NCBI GenBank assembly: GCA_019636275.1
Contig: JAHBXY010000002.1
Coordinates: 56,213-120,212 of the forward strand
DNA length: 64,000 nucleotides
Reading direction: 5' to 3'
Source: Planctomycetota bacterium
Lineage (GTDB): Bacteria; Planctomycetota; J058
The notes beneath the pieces are model-generated. The model was given only the letters and a program-made list of their open reading frames with translations. It did no database searches and was not told the DNA's origin. The translations under genes were made by a program, and so were the position numbers. This document shows positions 1 to 9,902 of the stretch, piece after piece; within the stretch, counting starts at the first letter, position 1; every line of letters begins with the position of its first letter.

Positions 1-60
1 AGACCCTTACCGATCGTCTCGCTCCCAGGTTTGGGATTCACTCGATCGGGTCTGCGACCG

Positions 61-89
61 ACGGTCCCGGGAGAGCCTCCCGGGACCGT
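61..89 (-). terminator. GC-rich perfect hairpin (12-bp stem, acggtcccggga/tcccgggaccgt) directly downstream of the 96..812 gene
   Basis: Perfect inverted repeat seen in sequence, 7 nt after the stop codon; no U-tract (common in high-GC genomes). Confidence 0.35.
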
Positions 90-95
90 CCAGAG

Positions 96-812
96 TCAGT
101 GACCGCCGTGGCCGCCACCGCCGTGGCCGCCACCGCCATGGCCGTGGCCCGGCGCTCCGTGACCCGCTGCCTGCCCGTCGGTGCGCTTCTCGAGCGCCAT
201 CTTGCAGACCGTGCACTTCGCCCGCGGATCACGCGAGGTGACCTGCGGGTGCATCGGGCAAGCGTAGATGAACGGCGCCGCCACCAGGTCCATCTTGCAC
301 TTGGCGCACTTCCCCGCCGCGGCCTGCGGCGGCACGCAGTTCATCGGGCACGCGTGCTCGACCAGGCGGGCCAGGCGGAACGGCACCTCGATCGAGACCT
401 CGCCCTCGGCGCCGGGCACCTTCGTCAGACGTACGGTCCCGGTCGCGCTCCCCTCGGCCACCCCGGCCAGATCCGCGCGTCCCTGCAGGTGCTTCGGTGC
501 GCGATCGCGCGAGGGCTTCAGTTCGATCGCAACTGGCTCACGGCCACCCTCCTGAAAGGTGAGCTGGATCGTCCCCTCGGACTCCTTCAGATCGACGGGC
601 CTCTGGTCGGCTCCGACCGCGAACACGTGCACACCTTCTCTGTCGAACGCGACCTCGACCTTGATCGGCCCCGCCTCTCGAACGAGCCCGCCGTGCGGGC
701 CGACGACCTCAGCCTGTTGGGGCGCGGGTGGTGCCTGGGCGGCAGCCGCGTCCAAGCCGACGAACATGCAGCTCGCCAGCGCCATTCCAATCATTGACAT
801 CTTCATGTTCAA
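96..812 (-). CDS. secreted heavy-metal-binding protein: signal peptide, two CPM(H/N)P...CxxC heavy-metal-binding modules, His/Gly-rich C-terminus (HGHGGGGHGGGGHGGH)
   Basis: N-terminal hydrophobic signal (MKMSMIGMALASCMFVGLDAAAA); motifs HACPMNC...CAKCKM and YACPMHP...CTVCKM; last gene of the minus-strand cusBAC-like operon. Confidence 0.7.
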   Translation of the reverse strand: MNMKMSMIGMALASCMFVGLDAAAAQAPPAPQQAEVVGPHGGLVREAGPIKVEVAFDREGVHVFAVGADQRPVDLKESEGTIQLTFQEGGREPVAIELKPSRDRAPKHLQGRADLAGVAEGSATGTVRLTKVPGAEGEVSIEVPFRLARLVEHACPMNCVPPQAAAGKCAKCKMDLVAAPFIYACPMHPQVTSRDPRAKCTVCKMALEKRTDGQAAGHGAPGHGHGGGGHGGGGHGGH

Positions 813-848
813 CTCTCTTTCACTTGACGTTGATTCGTTGATCGTGTC

Positions 849-1227
849 TCAGGCGCCGCGCGGACACGGCTCGAACGCGCCCGTGCAATGGCTGCAGTCG
901 CAGTCCTCCATGGTCGTTTTGCACGCGCAGTGCTCGTCGAAGTACGCCTGACCATTCGCGCGGGGATTCTGCAGGAAGCGCGCCTTGCAGCCTTCGGCGC
1001 AGAAGGGGAAGCGCTGGCCGCCCTCGTCGACGGAGAGCGTCCAGCTCGGCGAGACTTCATGCCGCACATGGGATCGTGGGCGATCGCGACGGCCGCGTGG
1101 CCATGCTCGCCTGCGCCGTGATCGTGCGTGCGGTTGGCCGGGTGGTCGGGTGGGAGCGCCTGTCGCTCCGCCACACAGCCGGCGAGCCCGAAGCTCGTGA
1201 GCAGGATCAGGCTCCGCAGGATCACGG
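849..1227 (-). pseudogene. YHS-domain lipoprotein (lipobox LAGC, His-rich linker, DPMCGMKV...FCAEGCKARFLQNP) with an apparent -1 frameshift near nt 1054
   Basis: Two overlapping frames: one gives signal peptide+DPMCGMK, the other gives VSPSW...FPFCAEGCKARF. Joining them reconstitutes a canonical YHS domain. GTG start overlaps the TGA of the upstream gene (GTGA). Confidence 0.45.
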
Positions 1228-2571
1228 CGCACCTCCCACGATCGTGGAGTCGCCCACCGCGCGCCGGAGCTCGGCCTCGGCGATCGATCGTTCGCCGCGC
1301 GTCCGCTCGAGCTCGAGCTGCTGGCTGAGCAGCATGCGGCGCGCGTCGATCAAGGCCAGGAAGTCGAGCTGGCCGCTCACGTAGGCGGTCTCCGAGACCT
1401 CCACGTTCTGCCGCGCACGCGGCAGGGCCTGGTCGCGGACGATCCGGTGCTGCTCGCTGGCGGCATGGAGGCGGCTGGCCGCCGCGCGGACCTCGTCCAG
1501 CACCCGGTTCCGCGCCGCTCGCGTCTCGGCCTCGGCGCGGCGCACGTTGGCCTCGGACTCCCGGACGCCGGCGCGGATCCGACCCCACCAGATGGGCAGC
1601 GAGATGCCGCCCGTGAGCTCGATCTCGTTCTCGTCCTCGCCGAAGTCCCGCACGTAGGCACCTCCGAACACGACGTCGGGGACCCACTCGAGCTCGGCGC
1701 GCGAGAGCATCTCTCGCTCGGCCTCCCACCGCGAGCGGAAGGCGGCCAGCTCGGGGCGAAGACGGAACGCGCGCTCGAACAGGACGGAGAGCGCCTCGGG
1801 GGTCGCCGGCTCCGGGAGCGGGGCGACCGGGCCGAGCGGCGCGTCGGGCGCGCGGTCGAGCAGGACGTTCAGCGCGCTCGCGGCGAGCTCGACGTCGCGC
1901 ACGAACCCGGCGCGCTCGGCCCGGAGCCCGTCGCGCTCCACCTCGGCGCGCAGGACGTCCGACTGCGTGGCCTGACCCGCCGCGTAGCGCGTCCGAGCGA
2001 TCTCGATGAACCGCTCCAGGAGCCCGAGGTTCTCGTCCGCGAGCTGCACCTCGCGGCGCGCGACGTGGAGCACGGCCAGGCTGCGGGCCGCCTGCTCCCG
2101 GAGCTGGTTCGTGCGCTCGGCGAGCTCGGCCCGCATCCCGCGCGCCTCGGCCAGCGCGGCCCGACCCTCTGCGAGCAGCTTCTCCGGGAAGGGCACCTCC
2201 TGCATGAGCTCGACCGTGTGCATCTTGAACATGGACGAGTAGCCATATCGCAGCCACGGGTCCGGCAGGGCGGTCCGCTGCGGCGCGCGCTCGAGGAACG
2301 CCACCCAGCGCTCGAAGGCAGCCACGACGTTCGGGTTGCGGCGCACGACCTCGTCGGTGACGCGGTCGATGGTGAGCTCGCCCTCCAGGTGGAGGGGTGG
2401 CTGGCTACCCTCGGCGAGCGAGAGGTCCGCCGGGTCGAACGGGTCGCGCGGCGCGCCCCAGCCCAGCGCGTCGCGGAGTTCGTCCGCCTCGCGCCGCTGC
2501 TCGGAGTACGACGCGCTGGTGCAGCCCGCGACGCCGAGCAGAGCGATCGAGAATAGCCCGGGGGTCCTCAC
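1222..2571 (-). CDS. outer membrane efflux protein (TolC/CusC/CzcC family) lipoprotein
   Basis: GTG start preceded by GAGGAGG; lipoprotein signal MRTPGLFSIALLGVAGC; long coiled alpha/beta-barrel OMF-like sequence; start overlaps stop of RND pump (GTGA). Confidence 0.75.
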   Translation of the reverse strand: MRTPGLFSIALLGVAGCTSASYSEQRREADELRDALGWGAPRDPFDPADLSLAEGSQPPLHLEGELTIDRVTDEVVRRNPNVVAAFERWVAFLERAPQRTALPDPWLRYGYSSMFKMHTVELMQEVPFPEKLLAEGRAALAEARGMRAELAERTNQLREQAARSLAVLHVARREVQLADENLGLLERFIEIARTRYAAGQATQSDVLRAEVERDGLRAERAGFVRDVELAASALNVLLDRAPDAPLGPVAPLPEPATPEALSVLFERAFRLRPELAAFRSRWEAEREMLSRAELEWVPDVVFGGAYVRDFGEDENEIELTGGISLPIWWGRIRAGVRESEANVRRAEAETRAARNRVLDEVRAAASRLHAASEQHRIVRDQALPRARQNVEVSETAYVSGQLDFLALIDARRMLLSQQLELERTRGERSIAEAELRRAVGDSTIVGGAP

Positions 2572-5500
2572 GTCGTCACCTCCTCGGGGAGCTCTGCTGC
2601 CTCGGGGTGGAGCTTCTCCCAGCGGCCCTTCCGGTACCAGTAGAAGATCACCGGGATGAAGATGTCGATCACCTCGTCCGCGACGAGGATCCCGCCGAGG
2701 ACCGGCGCGGCCATGGGTCGCATGATCTCGGCCCCCACGCCCTCGGAGAACAGCATGGGCACGAGGCCCAGGATCAGCGTCCCCTCCGTCAGCAGCTTGG
2801 GACGCAGCCGATGGACCGCGCCCTCCACGACCGCGTCCTTGAGCTGCTGGAGCGAGCCCATGCCCTCGAGCCCGCCACGCCGCTCGACGGCCTCTCGCAG
2901 GTAGACCAGCATGATGATCCCGGTCTCCGCGGCGAGGCCGAAGCAGGCGATGTAGCCGACCCACACGGCGACCGAGAAGTTGAAGCCGAAGAGCCACTGG
3001 AAGATCACGCCGCCGACGAGCGCGCCGGGGACGGCCAGCATCATGAGCCCGGCGTCGCCGAGGTCCTGGTAGGTCAGGTACAGGATCACGAAGATGAGGA
3101 ACACGACGAGCGGCACGATCAACGACAGCGTGTTCTTGGCGCGGACCTGGTGCTCGAACTGGCCGCTCCACTCGACGAACATGCCCGCCGGGAGCTTGAC
3201 CGCGTCCTTGACCGCTCGCTGGGCCTCCTCGACGAAGCCGATAATGTCGCGGTCGCGCACGTTGAGCTGCACGTAGGCGCGCAGCAGGCCGTTCTCGCTC
3301 TTGATCATCGACGGACCCTGGAGGACGCGGACCGTCGCCACCTCCGCGAGGGGGATCTGGATCGGCCCGTCGGAGGCGAGCGTCGCGGCGGGGACGGCCA
3401 TGCCGCCGTCCATGCCGTCGCCGGCGGCCGCCATCGGCGCGCCCCCGCCGCTGACCAGGATCCGCCGGATCTGCTCCTCGTCGGTGCGCAGGTCGCGTGG
3501 GTATCGGACGCGCACCGAGAAGCGCTTGCGGCCCTCGATCGTGGTCGTGATCCGCCGACCACCCAGCGCGACCTCGATCGTGTCCTGCACGTCCTGCACC
3601 GACACGCCGTAGCGGGCCGCCCGCTCGCGGTCGATGTCGATGTCGATGTAGTTCTCGCCGACGATCTGGTCAGGGAACACGTCGACGGCGCCCGGGATCC
3701 CACGCAGCACGTCGGCGACCTGGTTGGAGACGTCCTGGATCTTCTGCAGGTCGTCGCCGAAGACCTTCACGCCGAGCATGGTCCGCACACCCGTTGCGAG
3801 CATGTCGACGCGGTTGATGATCGGCTGCGTCCAGATGTTCCCCCAGCCCGGCACCTGGGCGATCGTGTCCAGCTCCTGGACGAGCTCGTCCTTCGTCTTC
3901 TGCCGCAGGAGCAAGCTCGAGGGCGCCGCGAAGGTCGCCTCGACGTCGCGGGCCTTGGCGGCCTCGGAGAGGGAGGCCCGCACGACCTCGGGCGCGCGGT
4001 CCTCGAGCTCCCAGTCGAGCTGCTTCACCCGCTCGCGCACGAGCTCGTCGCGGCGAGCCTCGAGCGACTCGAGCAGGCCGGCCGTGACGGTCGGGGCCGG
4101 GCGGTCCGTGAGGAGGCGCAGGGGCGCGACCACCGCCTCGAACCCGCCGGGCGTGCGCTCGAGGAGCGCCCCCGCGTCGGCGACGCCCGAGGCGTCGAGC
4201 GAGCGGACGGCGTCCTGGGCCGCCGCCGAGACGTCCCAGGCGAGCGGATAGCGAGCGAAGAGGGGGCCATACGTCGGCAGGAGCGCGTTCACCGCGCTGT
4301 CGATCGCCGCCGCACCGACGTCGCGCTCACCGACGAGGTCCGTCACGAGACCCCGCACGAGCGCCTGGCCGAGCTCCGGCGCGTACTCGTCGAGGCGGCG
4401 CTCGGCCAGCTCGCGGAGCGTCGCGTCGAACGTGGTCGCAGCGTCCATGGCGATCGCGTTGGCGTCGTCGTCACGGCCCGGCAGGGCCGCCTTCGCTGCG
4501 GCCAGGAAGTGGTCGAAGTCGAGCGCGCGCCGGGGCCAGGTCTCGGTCGGCTGGAGCGTGATGATCGTCTCCACCATGTCGATCGGCGACGGGTCGGTCG
4601 GCGTGTCGGCTCGGCCGGCCTTGCCGACGACGGCGCGCACCTCGGGCAGCGTGCGCAGCAGGGCGTCGCGGTTGGTGAGGTCCTCGGCCGCCTCGGTGAT
4701 GGACGCGCTCGGCACGGTCACCGGCATGTCCATGATCGACCCCTCGTTCAGGGGCGGCATGAACTCGCGGCCGAGCTTGGGCCACAGGTTCAACCCGATG
4801 CCGATGAGGATCGCGAAGTTCAGCGCAACCAGCTTCGGGCGCTCGAGGAGGAACAGCAGCACGGGCCGGTAGACGTCGATCACGCTGCGCAGCAGCCAGC
4901 TCTCGCGCTCGCCGCGGAGGCGGCCGCGCACGAACGTGGGGATCAGCGCGGGCACGAGCGTCACGGCCAGCAGGGACACGCCGATGAGGGCGAAGGACTT
5001 CGTCAGCGCGAGCGGGTGGAACATCTTGCCTTCCATGCCGGTGAGCGCGAACACGGGCAGGAAGGAGACGAGCATGATGACGACGGAGAAGAACAGGGGC
5101 CTGCCGACGACCTTGCAGGCCTGCAGCACGATCGGGCGGGTATCGCCCGTGACGGGCTGGTCGCCGAAGTGCTCGTGGAGCCGCGCGTACGCGTTCTCCG
5201 TCATGACGATCCCGGCGTCGAGGAGCACGCCGATCGAGATCGCGATCCCGGCGAGCGACATGATGTTCGACGGGACGTCGAGGTAGTACATGAAGATGAA
5301 CGAGATCAGCACCGCCAGCGGCAGCGTGGCGCAGATCACGAACGAGCTGCGCAGGTGGTAGAGGATCAGGAAGACCATGAGCGAGGCGACGAGCATCTCC
5401 TCGATCAAGGTCTTGGTGAGCGTGCCGATGGCGTCCTGGATCAAGGGCGTTCGGTCGTAGAAGGGGACGATTCGCACGCCTTCGGGGAGACCGGCCTGGA

Positions 5501-6455
5501 GCGTCTCGATGCGCGCCTTGATGCGCTCGGTCACCGCCAGCGGGTTCTCGCCGTAGCGCATGAGCACGACGCCGCCCACGGCCTCGCCGCCGTCCTTCTC
5601 GAGCATGGAGCGTCGGGGCTCGGGGCCGAGCTGCACCGCGCCGAGGTGGCGCACGAAGATCGGCACGCCGTCGCGCTCGGCGACGACGATCGACTCGATG
5701 TCGCCCTTGCTCTGGATCCAGCCCTCGCCGCGGATCAGGAACTCGGCGCGGTTCTTCTGGAGCACGTTGCCGCCGACCGAGCTGTTGGCGCGGGCCACGG
5801 CCGAGAACACCTCGCCGAGCGTCACCCCATAGGCGCGCAGCCGCCCGGGGTCGACGTCGATCTGGTACTCCTGGACGAAGCCGCCGACCGACGAGACGCC
5901 CGCGACGCCCGGCACGGCGTTGAGCTGGTAGCGGACGTACCAGTCCTGGAGCGTGCGCAGCGCGCCGGGGTCGAGCCCGCCGCCCTCGACCGTGTACCAG
6001 AAGATCTGGCCGAGCGCGGTCGCGTCGGGCGCCATGTAGGGCACGACGCCGGGCGGCAGGAACGTGGCCGAGGTCGCCAGCCGCTCGAGGACGCGCTCGC
6101 GCGCGAAGTAGAACTCGACGCCGTCGTCGAAGATGACGTTGATCATCGAGTAGTTGAACTCGGACGTCGAGCGCACCGCCTTCACGCCGGCGAGCCCCTG
6201 CAGGTTCACCGACAGGGGGTAGGTGATCTGGTCCTCGACCTCCTGGGGCGAGCGGCCCATCCAGTCGGTGAAGACGATGACCTGGTTCTCGGAGAGGTCC
6301 GGGATCGCGTCGACCGGCGTGCGCTGGAGGCAGTAGACGCCCCACAGCGACACGGCCAGCGTGAGCATGAGCACGACGGCGCGGTTCTTGACCGAGAACT
6401 CGATGATCGACTCGATCCAGCCGTCCTTCTGCGGCGCGGACGATCCGGCGCTCAC
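2568..6455 (-). CDS. cusA: heavy-metal efflux RND permease (HME-RND, CusA/CzcA family) with a ~250-aa periplasmic insertion (1295 aa)
   Basis: Starts WIESIIEFSVKNR...; 12-TM RND architecture; GTG start overlaps stop of adaptor gene (GTGA). Confidence 0.85.
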   Translation of the reverse strand: MSAGSSAPQKDGWIESIIEFSVKNRAVVLMLTLAVSLWGVYCLQRTPVDAIPDLSENQVIVFTDWMGRSPQEVEDQITYPLSVNLQGLAGVKAVRSTSEFNYSMINVIFDDGVEFYFARERVLERLATSATFLPPGVVPYMAPDATALGQIFWYTVEGGGLDPGALRTLQDWYVRYQLNAVPGVAGVSSVGGFVQEYQIDVDPGRLRAYGVTLGEVFSAVARANSSVGGNVLQKNRAEFLIRGEGWIQSKGDIESIVVAERDGVPIFVRHLGAVQLGPEPRRSMLEKDGGEAVGGVVLMRYGENPLAVTERIKARIETLQAGLPEGVRIVPFYDRTPLIQDAIGTLTKTLIEEMLVASLMVFLILYHLRSSFVICATLPLAVLISFIFMYYLDVPSNIMSLAGIAISIGVLLDAGIVMTENAYARLHEHFGDQPVTGDTRPIVLQACKVVGRPLFFSVVIMLVSFLPVFALTGMEGKMFHPLALTKSFALIGVSLLAVTLVPALIPTFVRGRLRGERESWLLRSVIDVYRPVLLFLLERPKLVALNFAILIGIGLNLWPKLGREFMPPLNEGSIMDMPVTVPSASITEAAEDLTNRDALLRTLPEVRAVVGKAGRADTPTDPSPIDMVETIITLQPTETWPRRALDFDHFLAAAKAALPGRDDDANAIAMDAATTFDATLRELAERRLDEYAPELGQALVRGLVTDLVGERDVGAAAIDSAVNALLPTYGPLFARYPLAWDVSAAAQDAVRSLDASGVADAGALLERTPGGFEAVVAPLRLLTDRPAPTVTAGLLESLEARRDELVRERVKQLDWELEDRAPEVVRASLSEAAKARDVEATFAAPSSLLLRQKTKDELVQELDTIAQVPGWGNIWTQPIINRVDMLATGVRTMLGVKVFGDDLQKIQDVSNQVADVLRGIPGAVDVFPDQIVGENYIDIDIDRERAARYGVSVQDVQDTIEVALGGRRITTTIEGRKRFSVRVRYPRDLRTDEEQIRRILVSGGGAPMAAAGDGMDGGMAVPAATLASDGPIQIPLAEVATVRVLQGPSMIKSENGLLRAYVQLNVRDRDIIGFVEEAQRAVKDAVKLPAGMFVEWSGQFEHQVRAKNTLSLIVPLVVFLIFVILYLTYQDLGDAGLMMLAVPGALVGGVIFQWLFGFNFSVAVWVGYIACFGLAAETGIIMLVYLREAVERRGGLEGMGSLQQLKDAVVEGAVHRLRPKLLTEGTLILGLVPMLFSEGVGAEIMRPMAAPVLGGILVADEVIDIFIPVIFYWYRKGRWEKLHPEAAELPEEVTT

Positions 6456-8620
6456 TGGCCACCGTCCTTCAGGCCGGCGCCGTCCGTCGAGGAGCTGCCC
6501 GGAGTGTTGCTGGCGCCGAAGTAGTTCGACGTCGCGGCCGGGCTGAGCCGCGCCTCGGCGTCGACGAGGAACGCGCCGCGCGTGACCACGCGATCGCCGA
6601 GCCGCAGGCCCGAGATCACGGGGTAGAAGTCGCCGGAGCGCGGGCCGAGCTCGACCTGGACCGCGTCGTAGACGCCCTCCTCCGCCTCGCGGTAGACGAC
6701 CTGCCGTATGCCCGTGTCGATCACGGCGTCGGTCGGCACCACGAGCGGGTTGTTCGGGTCGTCGTCGACCGGGACCTCGCGCGGGATCAGCTTCATGCCG
6801 CCGCACGGCGCGCACGTTCCCGGCTCGTCCTGCGTGACCTCCGGGTGCATGGGGCACTCGTAGATCGTGCGGGTCTTCGGCCCGTCGGCCGAGGGGCCGC
6901 TCGTGTTGGGAGCCTGCGCAGTCGGGGCCACCCCGCGCGCGGCCGCTGCGTCAGCGAGGATCTTCCGCGCCTCGTCCGCCGGGACGGCCCGCGGAATCAA
7001 CTCCATCGTCCCGCACTTCGTGCAGATCCCGGGCTGGTCGAGCGTCATGTCCGGGTGACCCGGGCACTCGTAGAGCGTGATCGTCGCGGGGTCCGCGCTC
7101 GGCGCCGGAATGGCCTCGCCGCGTGCGGCCGCGGCGTCCGCGAGGATCTTGCGGGCCTCGGCGGCGGGAGCGTCACGCGGGATCAGCTCCATGGTCCCGC
7201 ACTTCGTGCAGATCCCCGGGTGATCGAGCGTCATGTCCGGGTGCCCTGGACACTCGTAGAGCGTCACGGTCGACGGACCGTTCGACGGCGTCGTGGGCGC
7301 TGGTGGCTCCGTCGTGTCGGCGGCCTCCGGGACGAGCTGCGCGCCGCAGAGGCCGCACGCTCCGGGTCCCGCCGCCCGGAACACGCGATCGGGGTGCATC
7401 GGGCAGCGACAGGCATACCCCGGGGAGGAGGACTGCCCGGCCGACAGCTCCACGGGCGTCAGGGCCATGCCGCACTTCGGGCAGTCGCCGGGGGTGGTCT
7501 GCTCGATCTCGGGGCACGCCGAGCAGCAGCGGTAGACGACAGGGTGCGTCGCGGTCTCGACCTCCCCCGAGGGACCGATCGGCGTGCGCAGCGACGCACG
7601 GACGTACATGCCCGGCCGCAGGAGGCGCGCCCCGTTCGGGACGTCGACCCGCACGCCGACGGTGCGCGTGCGCGGATCGATCATCGGATCGATGAACGAG
7701 ACGAACCCCTCGAACGCGCGACCGGGGTAGGCGCTGGCGCCGATCTCGACCCTCTGACCGAGGTGGACGAACGGCGCCTCATCCTCGAACACGCGCGCGA
7801 TCATCCACAGGACCGAGAGGTCGGCCACCGTGTACATCGGCGCGCCCTCCTCGACGTAGTCGCCCGCGACCACGCTCTTCGACATGACCGTGCCGGAGAT
7901 CGGCGAGGGAACGGTCACGTGCACGGCGGGCTCGCCGGCCACGACCATGGCGTCGATCTGCTCCGCGGACAGGCCCCAGAGCAGGAGTCGCTGCCTGGCG
8001 GCCGCGAGCATGGGGCCGCCCTGCTTCTGCGCGAGCAGGAGCTCCCGCGAGCTGGTGAACAGGTCCTGGCTGTACACCTTCGCCAGCGGCGCGCCGCGCT
8101 CGACCTCGATCCCGGTGAAGTCGACGAACAGCTCGTCGACACGGCCCTTGACGCGCGCGGAGATCCGCGCCAGGCGCCGCTCGTCCACGTCCACGGTCCC
8201 GACCGTGTCGATCACCCGCTCGAGCTGGCGGCGCGTGACGAGAGTCGTCGCCACGCCGGCCAACCGCACGCGGTTCGGCGCGAGCTGGACCCGGGCGAGC
8301 ACTCCCGGGGGCAGCGCCTCGGGCTCTCCCCTCTTCCGCTTCGACAGCGGCATGCCGCAGATCGGGCAGCTCGCCGGCTCTGCCCGGATCACGTTCGGGT
8401 GCATCGGGCAGTAGTACTCGTGCTCCGACAGCCCGACCGAGTCCGGCGCGACCGCCGGCTTCGTGAGTCGCTGCAGCCGCACGAGGATCGTGTCCCACGA
8501 GGCCACCAGCAGGGCGACGATCACCATGAGCCCGATGAAGCGAAGCCGGACGACGATCACGCGCAGCGCCCACAAGACCTTGCCGGCGACCCCCGTCAGA
8601 GACGATCGAATGTTCATGCG
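6452..8620 (-). CDS. cusB: RND membrane-fusion (periplasmic adaptor, CusB/HlyD family) protein with 1 N-terminal and 5 C-terminal CPMHP/CxxC heavy-metal-binding modules
   Basis: ATG MNIRSS with GGGAG RBS; N-terminal TM anchor; EYYCPMHP...CPICGM; HlyD-like barrel/lipoyl region; C-terminal repeats YECPGHP...CTKCG (x2), YACRCPMHP, YECPMHP. Confidence 0.8.
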   Translation of the reverse strand, partial: RMNIRSSLTGVAGKVLWALRVIVVRLRFIGLMVIVALLVASWDTILVRLQRLTKPAVAPDSVGLSEHEYYCPMHPNVIRAEPASCPICGMPLSKRKRGEPEALPPGVLARVQLAPNRVRLAGVATTLVTRRQLERVIDTVGTVDVDERRLARISARVKGRVDELFVDFTGIEVERGAPLAKVYSQDLFTSSRELLLAQKQGGPMLAAARQRLLLWGLSAEQIDAMVVAGEPAVHVTVPSPISGTVMSKSVVAGDYVEEGAPMYTVADLSVLWMIARVFEDEAPFVHLGQRVEIGASAYPGRAFEGFVSFIDPMIDPRTRTVGVRVDVPNGARLLRPGMYVRASLRTPIGPSGEVETATHPVVYRCCSACPEIEQTTPGDCPKCGMALTPVELSAGQSSSPGYACRCPMHPDRVFRAAGPGACGLCGAQLVPEAADTTEPPAPTTPSNGPSTVTLYECPGHPDMTLDHPGICTKCGTMELIPRDAPAAEARKILADAAAARGEAIPAPSADPATITLYECPGHPDMTLDQPGICTKCGTMELIPRAVPADEARKILADAAAARGVAPTAQAPNTSGPSADGPKTRTIYECPMHPEVTQDEPGTCAPCGGMKLIPREVPVDDDPNNPLVVPTDAVIDTGIRQVVYREAEEGVYDAVQVELGPRSGDFYPVISGLRLGDRVVTRGAFLVDAEARLSPAATSNYFGASNTPGSSSTDGAGLKDGGQ
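6900..7280. repeat. near-perfect tandem duplication (2 x 186 bp) inside the adaptor gene, duplicating one metal-binding module
   Basis: Protein repeat TLYECPGHPDMTLD(H/Q)PGICTKCGTMELIPR...ARKILADAAAARG occurs twice back-to-back; nucleotide repeats are nearly identical. Confidence 0.8.
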
Positions 8621-8874
8621 TGCTCCCTCGCGCCGCGCGCCTGCGCGCGGCCCGGTGTCTGCTGGAAGACCAGACGACGTGGTCCTGCCCGAGGTCGGCG
8701 AACGCGTGGTGGTGCACCTGCGACCGCCCACGCCGCGAGCGGCTGCAGGAGAGGACGCAGGGACCTTCCGGGACTTACAGCCCGGGTCGCGATCCGACGT
8801 GAGGACAGGAGGGGTGGGGGAACGTCGGTGCAGGCGCGGATCGACCGCGGCTCACACCGTCCCCTGGGGAGCCA

Positions 8875-9345
8875 TCAACAACGAAGAACGTGGAGCTCGA
8901 GATGCCGTCGAAGCGCTGGAGCACGCGGCTCGGTCGCTCGAACTGTCGCCCGGAGCACGCCAGAGGTCGGCGCAATCCACCCATCGAGCACCATCGGGCT
9001 CAACGAGAGGCCGAGCTCGGTCGAACGATCGAAGCCGGGACTCGAGCTCGCGGGGGACTCGGACGGGGACTGCTCGAGGACGATCACGGGGCAGCCGCAG
9101 CCGGCGGACTTGATCGCCTCGTCCGTCTGGGTCTGCTGAGCGGGCTCGCCACCGGAGCAGCAGCCATGCGCCACTTGCGGCGACGGAGCGCTCACGCTGT
9201 GACAGGAGGCCTGAAGGTCGGAGGCGTCGTCTGCGCAGAAGGTGCCATGGGAGGTGGCGTCGCAGGCGCACAGGTCGACGACCCCGCCGGCGAACACCAG
9301 CAGGACGGCGAGCACGACGCACAGTGGACGGGAAGCCGGACCCAT
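8875..9345 (-). CDS. hypothetical secreted Cys-rich protein (signal peptide, CAC...HGCCSGG...AGCGCP)
   Basis: ATG MGPASRPLCVVLAVLLVFAGG; 3' end runs into the promoter region of the adaptor gene. Weak support. Confidence 0.25.
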   Translation of the reverse strand: MGPASRPLCVVLAVLLVFAGGVVDLCACDATSHGTFCADDASDLQASCHSVSAPSPQVAHGCCSGGEPAQQTQTDEAIKSAGCGCPVIVLEQSPSESPASSSPGFDRSTELGLSLSPMVLDGWIAPTSGVLRATVRATEPRAPALRRHLELHVLRC

Positions 9346-9539
9346 GGGCGCCGATCCTACCTCGACTTCGATGTTCGACACAACGAGCGTTCGGAGCACC
9401 GGTACTTCAACCCCGGCGGCGTTCGAGACATTCCCGAGGCGGGTCCTGGGCTTCCGCTTCATGCAGACGCTTCGCTCCTGGCCTTCCATCAGCTATGACG
9501 ACGTCCGGCGCGCCAGGGTGCGGGCCGAGGAGGTTGATC

Positions 9540-9782
9540 ATGCGACGTTGGTTGGCGTGGGTCGGGGGGCTCGGGTGCCTCATGCTCGCCCTCGCCTTTC
9601 CGTCGACGCAGGGGCCGGTCGCCCGCGCCGTCGCGCAAGACCGCCACGGTGGTTCACACGGCGGGCCTGCGACCGACGTCGGCGCGCTGTTCCGGCAGCA
9701 GTGCGCCTCGTGCCACGTGACCCCGGACCCGGGCGTCGCGACCGACCGGGCCTACATCAGGCAGCTCCAGGAAACGGCCTGA
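9540..9782 (+). CDS. c-type cytochrome-like protein fragment (signal peptide + CXXCH heme-binding motif CASCH), ended by an in-frame TGA
   Basis: ATG with GAGGAGG 6 nt upstream; MRRWLAWVGGLGCLMLALAFP signal; QQCASCHV. High GC3 coding signal continues in the same frame past the TGA. Confidence 0.5.
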   Translation: MRRWLAWVGGLGCLMLALAFPSTQGPVARAVAQDRHGGSHGGPATDVGALFRQQCASCHVTPDPGVATDRAYIRQLQETA

Positions 9783-9902
9783 AGCGACACTCCGCAGGAG
9801 GCCCGTGAGGCGCTCCAGAAGTTCCTGAACGAGCAGACCGACGGCCGGCCCCGCGCCGCCGTCAACCGCGACAAGGCCGAGCCCGGCGAGGGGCTCGTCG
9901 AA

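Noticed and set aside
2397-6524. 1375-aa plus-strand ORF (and similar giants at 6845..9139, 16487..18781, 25423..28695, 52538..55555, 33625..35973)
   Set aside because: Antisense to well-supported RND, adaptor, NACHT or transposase genes. Translations are low-complexity Arg/Asp/Gly/His-rich with no motifs, as expected for stop-poor alternative frames at ~70% GC.
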